This document shows positions 28,297-36,386 of a DNA stretch of 64,000 nucleotides, piece by piece (positions within the stretch are counted from its first letter, which is position 1; each line of letters begins with the position of its first letter). The stretch covers positions 1,064 through 65,063 of the forward strand of contig JAPLLZ010000029.1 of assembly GCA_026387265.1 (NCBI GenBank). The letters run 5' to 3'. The stretch is from Candidatus Omnitrophota bacterium. GTDB lineage: Bacteria > Omnitrophota > Gorgyraeia > Gygaellales > Profunditerraquicolaceae. Position numbers and translations under genes: made by a program. The notes under the pieces are model-generated. The model saw nothing but the letters and a program-made list of their open reading frames with translations. It was not told where the DNA came from and did not search any database.

Positions 28297-28980
28297 ATGG
28301 TTTATCTGATTAACATTTTAATTATATTGCTGGCGATTGCAGTAATTAAACTGGTGTTAATTTCTATCTTTTTCTATGCTGATATTAGGGCGGCGCAAAA
28401 AAGAGATCCTGCGGCGAAAAGTTTCTTAGAGATAATTTTACTTTATCCCGGGCTGCACGCTTTAGTTTATTATCGGATTGCGCATTTATTCTATGGAATA
28501 AGGTTATTCTTTTTAGCGCGCCTGTTATCTCAGGCCGGTAGGTTTTTTACCGGTATTGAAATTCATCCGGGAGCTAAAATCGGTAAACGTTTTTTTATTG
28601 ATCATGGGCTAGGAGTAGTGATTGGAGAGACGGCGGTTGTGGGTGATGATGTCCTGCTTTATCAGGGATCTACCTTGGGTGGAACCGGTATTGTTCAGGG
28701 TAAGCGCCATCCTACGGTTGGTAATAATGTGGTTATTGGAGCCGGAGCCAAAGTTTTGGGCAACATTGTTATCGGAGATAATTCTTATATTGGAGCAAAC
28801 GCAGTAGTGGTGAAAGATGTTCCGCCGAATTCTACAGTAGTGGGTGTTCCCGGTAGGATTACAAAACAGGATGGTAAGAAGATGGATGTCAGCCTGGATC
28901 ATGCGCGTATACTTGATCCGATTATGCAGACGATTGAAGAACTGCAGGATAGAGTTAAAGAATTAGAAAAGAATAAGTAA
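28297..28980 (+). CDS. cysE: Serine O-acetyltransferase
   Basis: [21 protein letters not shown], hexapeptide-repeat C-domain. ATG 28297 has a strong SD, giving an unusual hydrophobic roughly 25-aa N-terminal extension; GTG 28354 would give a canonical-length protein. Confidence 0.85.
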   Translation: MVYLINILIILLAIAVIKLVLISIFFYADIRAAQKRDPAAKSFLEIILLYPGLHALVYYRIAHLFYGIRLFFLARLLSQAGRFFTGIEIHPGAKIGKRFFIDHGLGVVIGETAVVGDDVLLYQGSTLGGTGIVQGKRHPTVGNNVVIGAGAKVLGNIVIGDNSYIGANAVVVKDVPPNSTVVGVPGRITKQDGKKMDVSLDHARILDPIMQTIEELQDRVKELEKNK

Positions 28981-29113
28981 ACTCTAAACACGAAACCCTA
29001 AACTCTAAACAAACTCGAAACACTAAATCCGAATTTAAGAACTTACTTCTGAGTAATATTTGAGTTTCGGATTTAGGATTTGTTTAGGATTTCGAGTTTC
29101 GAATTTAGGATTT
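28979..29113. repeat. Inverted heptamer-array element, copy 2
   Basis: Left arm AAACTCTAAACACGAAACCCTAAACTCTAAACAAACTCGAAACACTAAATCCGAA, variable centre, right arm TTTGAGTTTCGGATTTAGGATTTGTTTAGGATTTCGAGTTTCGAATTTAGGATTT; fills the cysE-cysS spacer. Confidence 0.7.
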
Positions 29114-29120
29114 AATAATT

Positions 29121-30629
29121 ATGTCTATTTTTATATATAATTCTCTCACCAGAAAAAAAGAAGAATTTATTCCCTTAAAACCGAAGGAAATTAAGATGTA
29201 TGTTTGCGGACCGACGGTTTATGACGAGGCGCATATCGGCCATGCCCGCAGCGCCTATGTATTTGACGTGATTCGGAGGTATTTAACGTATAAGGGGCTC
29301 GAGGTTAAATTTGTGAGAAACGTAACCGATGTTGACGATAAGATTATTAATAAGGCGAAAAATGAATTTAAGGGAGAGGATTTAAATACGGCGGTGGGCA
29401 AAGTCTCCAATAAGTATTTAGATCTTTACCATGATGATATGAAAAGCCTGGGGATTCTTGAGCCGGATATTGAGCCGAAGGCAACCGAATATGTCGGCAA
29501 CAATAAGATGCAGGAATTTATCCAGCAGCTGATTGAACAAGATTGTGCCTATGTTGCTGATGGAGATGTGTATTTTGATATTAAAAAAGCCAAGGGTTAC
29601 GGAAAACTATCTAATCAGGCGATAGAAAAGATGGAATCCGGAGCTAGGATTGCTTTGGGCGAGAAAAAGAAAGACCCATTAGATTTTGCATTATGGAAAG
29701 CAGCTAAGCCGGGAGAGCCTGCCTGGGATAGCCCCTGGGGAAAGGGAAGGCCGGGTTGGCATATTGAATGTTCGGTAATGAGCTCGGATATTCTTGGGGA
29801 CGAATTTGATATTCATGGCGGTGGAATCGACCTTATTTTCCCGCATCATGAAAATGAGATTGCTCAATCTGAAGGCGCAGGTAAGACGTTCGCTCATTAT
29901 TGGATACATCATGGTTTATTGACAATCAATGCTCAAAAGATGTCCAAGTCATTAGGTAACTTTATTACTATAAAAGACGTGATAAATAAATATTCTTCCG
30001 ATGTTTTAAAGATATTTTATTTGCAGGCACATTATTCTAGTCCGGTAGATTTCACTTGGGAAAGGCTTGAAGAGGCTCACAAGGCAATTCAAAGATTTGA
30101 AATACTTTTCTTTAGAATGGATCAAGCGAGAAAAATCGGTATGACTTCTTCAGTGCAAACAGCTAATTTTATCGAAAAAAATAAAAACAATTTTATTAAA
30201 GCTATGGATGATAATTTTAATACACCAGATGCTTTAGCTAGTCTTTTCGATTTAGTTAATGATACTAACAAGTTTATAGATACAGAGAAACAAACTGCTA
30301 ATTATACAGAAATAGTAAATGAAGCAGAGAGGGTAATTATTGAATTAGGAAATATTTTTGGTCTTGAACTTAAGTCTATTCAAATATCCACTAGAGCATT
30401 CAATTTAGAATTATCCGAACCTAGCGGTAGTAGTAGTTCTAGTAGTAGTTCTAGTAGTAGTTCAAGTAGTGAGGAAATTGCAGAAATCAAATCGTTAATT
30501 GTTGACCGAAACGAAGCAAGGAAGAGTAGGGATTTTAAAAAATCAGACGAAATTCGAAAAACACTAGAAGATAAAGGTATAATTTTAGAAGACACTAAAG
30601 ACGGTACAATCTGGCGTAGAAAGCTATGA
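29121..30629 (+). CDS. cysS: Cysteinyl-tRNA synthetase
   Basis: Class I HIGH (AHIGHARS) and KMSKS (KMSKSLGN) motifs, C-terminal ...LEDTKDGTIWRRK; 502 aa including a Ser14 linker insert. Confidence 0.95.
   Translation: MSIFIYNSLTRKKEEFIPLKPKEIKMYVCGPTVYDEAHIGHARSAYVFDVIRRYLTYKGLEVKFVRNVTDVDDKIINKAKNEFKGEDLNTAVGKVSNKYLDLYHDDMKSLGILEPDIEPKATEYVGNNKMQEFIQQLIEQDCAYVADGDVYFDIKKAKGYGKLSNQAIEKMESGARIALGEKKKDPLDFALWKAAKPGEPAWDSPWGKGRPGWHIECSVMSSDILGDEFDIHGGGIDLIFPHHENEIAQSEGAGKTFAHYWIHHGLLTINAQKMSKSLGNFITIKDVINKYSSDVLKIFYLQAHYSSPVDFTWERLEEAHKAIQRFEILFFRMDQARKIGMTSSVQTANFIEKNKNNFIKAMDDNFNTPDALASLFDLVNDTNKFIDTEKQTANYTEIVNEAERVIIELGNIFGLELKSIQISTRAFNLELSEPSGSSSSSSSSSSSSSSEEIAEIKSLIVDRNEARKSRDFKKSDEIRKTLEDKGIILEDTKDGTIWRRKL
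30429..30470 (+). repeat. In-frame 12-nt tandem repeat encoding Ser14 within cysS
   Basis: AGTAGTAGTTCT x2 + AGTAGTAGTTCA + AGTAGT = 14 consecutive Ser codons. Confidence 0.9.
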
Positions 30630-31231
30630 AAAGCAAGTTTATTACATTTGAAGGCTCCGAAGGCTGTGGCAAGAGTACGCAGTCAGAGATGCTTTTTACT
30701 TATCTTAAAAGCAAAGGGCATAATGTTATTTATTTGCGTGAACCGGGTGGAGTAAAATTAAGCGAAGATATCCGTCTAATGTTGCTTGATCCAAAAAACC
30801 GGATTTGCGCGCAAGCCGAAACCTTGCTTTATATGACTGCCCGGGCGCAGGTAGTTGAGGAAATAATTAAGCCGGCTCTTGAAGACGGAAAAACGGTAGT
30901 TTGTGACCGGTTCCTTGATTCAACCGTCGCTTATCAGGGGTTCGGTTTGGGGGTAGATATAAAATTAATTAAAATTATGGGTGATTTTGCTACTCAAGGG
31001 ATTCAGCCTGATCTGACTATTTTTTTAGATTTACCGATTGAAAAGGGGTTAGAGTGCCGTAATAATTGTCCGGATCGTATTGAACAGCGCAGTTTAAGCT
31101 ATCATGAAAAAGTTCGTCAGGGGTATTTGATGTTGGCTAAAGAAGAGCCGTGCAGGATTAAAGTTGTAGAAGTTTTAGCGGATAAGCTTGATACGCAAAA
31201 TAAAATCCGGGAGATTGTACATGTATTTTAG
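30626..31231 (+). CDS. tmk: Thymidylate kinase
   Basis: P-loop FITFEGSEGCGKSTQ, DRF motif (CDRFLDS). Confidence 0.9.
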   Translation: MKSKFITFEGSEGCGKSTQSEMLFTYLKSKGHNVIYLREPGGVKLSEDIRLMLLDPKNRICAQAETLLYMTARAQVVEEIIKPALEDGKTVVCDRFLDSTVAYQGFGLGVDIKLIKIMGDFATQGIQPDLTIFLDLPIEKGLECRNNCPDRIEQRSLSYHEKVRQGYLMLAKEEPCRIKVVEVLADKLDTQNKIREIVHVF

Positions 31232-32111
31232 TGATTGTTTAGGTCATGATCGAGCATTAAGTATGATTAAGGCGCATTTGTCGAATTCTCGTTTTTCCGG
31301 AGCATATATTTTTCGCGGACCGGAAGGGATTGGCAAGAGGATGGTAGCTAAAATTATTGCTGCACAGCTTAATTGCACTGGAGAAACACCGCGGCCATGT
31401 GGTAATTGTAGTTCATGTGTGAAGACGCACAAAGAAGAGCACCCTGACCTGCATATTATTCAGAAAGGTGAATCGCAAATTAAGATTGAAGATATCCGTG
31501 ATATCTTAAGACAGGCAAATTTCAGGCCGTATCAAGGGCAGGTTAAGGTTTTTATTATTGATAATGCGCACAAACTTAATTCCGAGGCGGCTAATTCTTT
31601 GCTTAAGGTGCTGGAAGAGCCTCCTAAGGATGTCTTGATTATTTTAATTACGCATAAACCTCAGAATATTATTAAAACCGTGCTTTCCCGTTGTAATAAA
31701 ACTACTGCGCATTTTCTGGCGTATTATGCGGAAGGCCGGATAGGCCTGGCATTAAGATTAAAGGATACGCCGCTGTTACAGGAGAAAAACAAAATATTTG
31801 ATTCTTTTGTCCTTGCGGCAAAACCCCTGGATCGTAATATCATGGGGCAAAGCAAGGAGCAGCTACAGGTTTGTTTGAGTATTCTGGCTTCCTGGTTCAG
31901 GGATATTTATTTATTAAAGTGCGGTTTAAGTGATAAAGAAATAATTCATTCAGATCGGCATAGTGATTTACTCAAAGCCGCACAACGGTATTCTTATAAA
32001 CAGCTGGATGATATTATCAGCGTTATTTCCGAAAGTGTGGTGTTTTTAGAAAAAAATGTTAACAGTAAATTACTTTTGCATAATTTGGGGGCGCAACTAT
32101 GGAAGGTTTAG
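31221..32111 (+). CDS. holB: DNA polymerase III delta' subunit
   Basis: AAA+-like GPEGIGK, zinc module CGNCSSC, LLKVLEEPP, SRC motif; start ATG 31221 (MYFSD...) overlaps the tmk end. Confidence 0.75.
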   Translation: MYFSDCLGHDRALSMIKAHLSNSRFSGAYIFRGPEGIGKRMVAKIIAAQLNCTGETPRPCGNCSSCVKTHKEEHPDLHIIQKGESQIKIEDIRDILRQANFRPYQGQVKVFIIDNAHKLNSEAANSLLKVLEEPPKDVLIILITHKPQNIIKTVLSRCNKTTAHFLAYYAEGRIGLALRLKDTPLLQEKNKIFDSFVLAAKPLDRNIMGQSKEQLQVCLSILASWFRDIYLLKCGLSDKEIIHSDRHSDLLKAAQRYSYKQLDDIISVISESVVFLEKNVNSKLLLHNLGAQLWKV

Positions 32112-32905
32112 TTTTGATACAGCTTAATAATTCCGGAATCATTCAATTTTATCAAGTGGGAAGCTTGAGTTTAAAAGTAGGCGACTATGTAATTGTCGAG
32201 CATGACCGGGGGCTAGACTGTGGCTGTGTGATTCCGGCAGCGCGTGCGCATTGCTGCCATGATGAGCCTCCGAAAGAACCTCCGAAAAAAATTATCCGGT
32301 TGGCTAAAGAGAGTGATTTAAAGCAGGTTCAGGATAACGCAATTAAAGCAAAAGAAGCGTTTAATGCCTGCGAGAAAAAGATCTTGGAGCATAAGCTAGA
32401 TATGAAGCTGGTCAAAGCGGAGTATTCTTTTGACCGGTCTAAAATTTTATTTTACTTTACTTCAGATGGGCGCGTGGATTTTCGTAATTTAGTTAAAGAT
32501 TTAGCTAAAGTATTTAAGGCGCGTATAGAATTAAGGCAAATCGGAGTCAGGGATGAAGCCCGGCTTTTCGGCGGGTATGGTTCATGCGGCAGGGAGCTGT
32601 GTTGTAGAAAGTTTTTAAAGGATTTTGAACCGGTAACAATTAAAATGGCCAAAGAAGAAGGTTTGCCGCTAAATCCTCCTAAGATTTCCGGCTTGTGCGG
32701 CCGCCTGATGTGTTGTTTGTCTTATGAATATGAAACCTATAAAATACTTTCTAAGGGGTTGCCGCGGGAAGGGGAACACCTGAACACTCCTGAAGGTAAG
32801 GGTAAAGTAATCGGGGTGAATGTATTTAAGCGCTTGGTAAGTGTGCAGCTGGATGAAGGTGGTTATGTTGAGGTCAGCTATAAGGAAAAAGAACATGTTA
32901 AATAA
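32099..32905 (+). CDS. ricT: PSP1 domain protein (RicT/YaaT-like)
   Basis: PSP1 C-terminal domain with Cys cluster (GSCGRELCCRKF, GLCGRLMCCLSYE); conserved position after holB. Confidence 0.8.
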   Translation: MEGLVLIQLNNSGIIQFYQVGSLSLKVGDYVIVEHDRGLDCGCVIPAARAHCCHDEPPKEPPKKIIRLAKESDLKQVQDNAIKAKEAFNACEKKILEHKLDMKLVKAEYSFDRSKILFYFTSDGRVDFRNLVKDLAKVFKARIELRQIGVRDEARLFGGYGSCGRELCCRKFLKDFEPVTIKMAKEEGLPLNPPKISGLCGRLMCCLSYEYETYKILSKGLPREGEHLNTPEGKGKVIGVNVFKRLVSVQLDEGGYVEVSYKEKEHVK

Positions 32906-34394
32906 GTTTTATATTACTACACCTATTTATTATGTGAATGCTGCTCCGCATATCGGCCATTCGTATACTACTATTGCTGCCGATGTTTTAAGCCGGTTTA
33001 AGCGCCGGCAGCTAGGGCCGGAGCATGTGCATTTTCTTACCGGGACTGATGAGCATGGGCAGAAGATTCAGAAAGCCGCAGATTCTGCTAAACTTTCCGC
33101 GCAAAGCTTTGTGGATCAGACCAGCCAGAAATTCAGGAACCTTTGGCAGTCTTTAAATGTTTCTTACGATGATTTTATCCGTACGACTGAGTCGCGGCAT
33201 ATTAAGGTTGTCCAGAAGAGTTTAGATATACTTTTTAAAAAAGGTGATATCTATGAAGGTAAATATGAGGGATTATATTGTACACCTTGTGAAACATTCT
33301 GGCTTGAGGCGCAGGCGGTGGGAGGGTTATGTCCGGATTGTCAGCGGCCGGTGGAACGTATTGTCGAAACCAACTATTTCTTTAAATTATCAAAATATCA
33401 GGATTGGCTTTTGAAATATCTTAATGAGCATCCGGATTTTATTAAACCTGCCAGCCGCTATGAAGAAACGTTAAGGTTTTTAGAGTTGAATAAATTAAAT
33501 GATTTATGTATTTCGTGTCCTAAAGAAAGGCTTAATTGGGGGATTCCTTTACCTTTTGCCCCGGAACACGTTACTTATGTTTGGTTTGATGCTTTGGTCA
33601 ATTATATCAGCGCCGTCGGTGAATTTGATGAAAAAGGAGAGTATCATTCTGATTGGTGGCCGGCAGAATTACATCTAATGGCTAAAGACATTTTAAGGCA
33701 GCATACAGTGTATTGGCCGATCATGCTGCATGCTTTAAATATTGATCTGCCTAAAGCAGTTTTTGCGCATGGCTGGTGGATGATTAATGAAGATAAAATG
33801 TCTAAATCCCGCGGTAACGTTGTTAATCCTCTTGAGATGGTAGAAAAATTCGGCTTGGATGCTTATCGCTATTTTCTTCTGCGCGAAGTTCCTTTTGGCT
33901 TAGACGGTAATTTTTCGGAAGAGAGGATAATTAAGCGTTATAACAGCGATTTGGCCAATGACCTGGGCAATTTGGTATATAGGACATTAACCATGGTGGA
34001 AAAATATTTTAACGGTGAAATTCCCGACCTCGTATTAAGTGGCAGTTCAAAATCTGTTGAGGATATCTTAGCAAAAATAAAACATTTGCCGGTACGTGTT
34101 AATTTAAGTCTGGATGAAATCAATTTTAGCCAGGCGCTTGAGGCTATTTGGGAAGTAATTGGAATGGCCAATAAACATGTTGAAGAGACTAAACCCTGGA
34201 ATTTAGCTAAAGAAAATAAACAGGAAGAGCTAAAAGAATTCATTCGATTATTAATTGATGTGATTAGAGCAGTGGCAGGGCAGTTAGAAATCTTCATCCC
34301 CCAGACTGCTTTGTCGATTCAGGAACAGTTTAAGGGGGATAGGGTTAAAAAAGGCAATCCTTTATTTCCGCGCATTGAAACTAAAAAGAAGTAG
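32895..34394 (+). CDS. metG: Methionyl-tRNA synthetase (short form)
   Basis: HIGH (APHIGHSYT), KMSKS (KMSKSRGN), zinc knuckle CTPCE...CPDCQ; ATG 32895; no C-terminal tRNA-binding domain. Confidence 0.95.
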   Translation: MLNKFYITTPIYYVNAAPHIGHSYTTIAADVLSRFKRRQLGPEHVHFLTGTDEHGQKIQKAADSAKLSAQSFVDQTSQKFRNLWQSLNVSYDDFIRTTESRHIKVVQKSLDILFKKGDIYEGKYEGLYCTPCETFWLEAQAVGGLCPDCQRPVERIVETNYFFKLSKYQDWLLKYLNEHPDFIKPASRYEETLRFLELNKLNDLCISCPKERLNWGIPLPFAPEHVTYVWFDALVNYISAVGEFDEKGEYHSDWWPAELHLMAKDILRQHTVYWPIMLHALNIDLPKAVFAHGWWMINEDKMSKSRGNVVNPLEMVEKFGLDAYRYFLLREVPFGLDGNFSEERIIKRYNSDLANDLGNLVYRTLTMVEKYFNGEIPDLVLSGSSKSVEDILAKIKHLPVRVNLSLDEINFSQALEAIWEVIGMANKHVEETKPWNLAKENKQEELKEFIRLLIDVIRAVAGQLEIFIPQTALSIQEQFKGDRVKKGNPLFPRIETKKK

Positions 34395-34396
34395 TT

Positions 34397-35158
34397 ATGT
34401 TGATTGATACGCATTGTCATCTTGATTTTCCCGCCTTTGAGCCGGATCGCGATCAGGTCCTCCAGCGCGCCCAAGAAGCAGGAGTAAAATATTGTATTAA
34501 TATCGGTGCAACTTTGGAATCTTCAACTGCAGCTTGTCTACTCGCTGGTAAATATCCGGAAGTTTATGCTAGCGTAGGCGTGCATCCGCATGATGCGGAT
34601 ACTTTTGATGAACAGGCATTGCTTAAATTAAAACAATTGGCTGGCGCAAAAAAAGTGGTGGCCATCGGAGAAACCGGCCTGGATTACTATCGTAATTTAT
34701 CCAGTAAAGAAAATCAAAAACAAGCTTTTCTTAAACAGATTGTTTTAGCCAAAGAATTAAATTTGCCGGTTGTCGTGCATTGCCGCCAGGCTGAAGAAGA
34801 TACTTTAAAGATTTTAAAAAATGTTTTACCTTTGCCGATTGTCGTGCATTGTTTTTCCGGAGATGAAAATTTTTTAAAAGAGTGCTTAGACTGTGGTTTT
34901 TTCATTTCTTATACCTGTAATATTACTTACAAAAAAGCAGCTGCCTTAAGAGAGATGGTTGTTTTGACTCCCTTGGATAGGTTAATGTTGGAAACTGATG
35001 CTCCGTATTTATCTCCGGAAGGTTTCCGGGGTAAGCGTAATGAGCCAATGCAGGTAAAGCTATTGGCGAACGAAGTCAGCCGAATTAAGGGGGTAAGTTT
35101 ACAAGAGCTAGAAGAGCAGACGAGCAGAAACGCAAAAAGTTTTTTTAAATTAACATGA
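34397..35158 (+). CDS. tatD: TatD family metal-dependent hydrolase
   Basis: LIDTHCHLDF, VGVHPH, ETDAPYL metal-ligand motifs. Confidence 0.85.
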   Translation: MLIDTHCHLDFPAFEPDRDQVLQRAQEAGVKYCINIGATLESSTAACLLAGKYPEVYASVGVHPHDADTFDEQALLKLKQLAGAKKVVAIGETGLDYYRNLSSKENQKQAFLKQIVLAKELNLPVVVHCRQAEEDTLKILKNVLPLPIVVHCFSGDENFLKECLDCGFFISYTCNITYKKAAALREMVVLTPLDRLMLETDAPYLSPEGFRGKRNEPMQVKLLANEVSRIKGVSLQELEEQTSRNAKSFFKLT

Positions 35159-36294
35159 GCGCTCAAATTTCTATAGTTAAGTGTGACAATTATGAGCCAG
35201 CTAAGGTCCAGCAAGCCATTCGGGATGCGCTTGGCCTTTTAGGCGGGATAACTAACTTCATTAAGCCGAATTCCAGGGTGTTGGTTAAGCCAAATCTTTT
35301 AATGTCTAAAGGCCCGGAATGTGGTATTACTACGCATCCGCAGATAGTTAGGGCAATTATCCAAATACTGAAAGAAATAAATTGTAAAGTTGTTGTTGGT
35401 GATGGGCCGAGCGTTTGGGGCGGATATATAGAAAATGTGGATGAGGTTTATGGAGTAACTGGAATTAAAAAAGTCTGTCAGGATGAGGATGTGCGCCTGG
35501 TAAATTTTGATAAACGCCGGATGCGCGATAAATTTCCTCTTACCGCACAGCTAGATGAGTGTGATCATTTAATTAATCTGCCTAAATTTAAAACTCACGA
35601 ACTTACTTTAATTACCGGGGCAATAAAAAATCTTTTTGGATTGGTCTCTGGCACCTATAAAACCGAACTGCATAAGAATTATTTTGCCCCGGCAGAGTTT
35701 GCTAAAATCTTGGTGGATATCTATCAGGAGGCAAAACCGGATTTGACGATTATTGACGGAATATTGGCGATGGAAGGCGATGGCCCGGCGACTAGCGGAA
35801 TACCCCGGGAACTTGGCCTTTTGCTTTGTGGGGCTGATTGTGTGGCGTTAGATACAATTGTCGCCAAAATAATGGGGATTAAACAAGAGGTTTTGACGAC
35901 TAAAGAAGCTGCTTTACGTAATTTAGGGCAGGCCTGGTTGGATAAAATAAAGATAGAGGGAGAGAATATCGATCGGTTAAATATCCGTCCGTTTATTCTA
36001 CCGAAAAATTCAGTTAAACTAACTACTTTACCTCCGATTATAACAAAAATATTTAAGTCTCTGGTTAGATATTATCCTTATTCATTGCGTTTAAAATGTA
36101 CGCGTTGCGGGCATTGTGTTAAGGTTTGTCCAAAGCAGTGCATTAGATTATCCGCCATGTTTTATGGCGGAAAGAAAAGTGGAATACAGATTAACTATCA
36201 TCAATGTATTGCTTGTTTTTGCTGTCAGGAAGCTTGTCCGGAAGCAGCTATAGGGGTAAGGAAGAGCCTTTTAGCTAAATTAATAGGGTTATAG
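35155..36294 (+). CDS. DUF362 domain protein with C-terminal 2x[4Fe-4S] ferredoxin domain
   Basis: DUF362-like core; CTRCGHCVKVCP and CIACFCCQEACP cluster motifs; carries the 21-bp hairpin in frame between the two clusters. Confidence 0.75.
   Translation: MSAQISIVKCDNYEPAKVQQAIRDALGLLGGITNFIKPNSRVLVKPNLLMSKGPECGITTHPQIVRAIIQILKEINCKVVVGDGPSVWGGYIENVDEVYGVTGIKKVCQDEDVRLVNFDKRRMRDKFPLTAQLDECDHLINLPKFKTHELTLITGAIKNLFGLVSGTYKTELHKNYFAPAEFAKILVDIYQEAKPDLTIIDGILAMEGDGPATSGIPRELGLLLCGADCVALDTIVAKIMGIKQEVLTTKEAALRNLGQAWLDKIKIEGENIDRLNIRPFILPKNSVKLTTLPPIITKIFKSLVRYYPYSLRLKCTRCGHCVKVCPKQCIRLSAMFYGGKKSGIQINYHQCIACFCCQEACPEAAIGVRKSLLAKLIGL
36151..36171. repeat. 21-bp hairpin TCCGCCAT-GTTTT-ATGGCGGA inside a CDS (in frame, SAMFYGG)
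   Basis: Exact reverse complement of the intergenic 26096-26116; starts on a codon boundary of ORF 35155-36294 and is exactly 7 codons long. Confidence 0.75.
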
Positions 36295-36302
36295 AGCTAT
36301 GT

Positions 36303-36374
36303 ATTAGCGGGGTCCTGTCGAGATTTGTTTTCGCCGCATGACGCGGCTCAAATCAAATCTCGCCACCCGCTAAT
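36303..36374. repeat. GCGGG-TCCTG...CACCCGC nested-hairpin element, copy 1
   Basis: Outer stem ATTAGCGGG / CCCGCTAAT, middle stem CGAGATTTG / CAAATCTCG, central GCCGC-ATGA-(C)GCGGC. Confidence 0.6.
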
Positions 36375-36386
36375 TCCCACAATAAG

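Noticed and set aside
31684-31722. Apparent internal deletion of about 25 residues in holB after the SRC motif (SRCNKTTAHFLAYYAEGRIG)
   Set aside because: This rests only on my memory of delta' proteins. That region is variable and the frame is intact, so it cannot be supported without an alignment.
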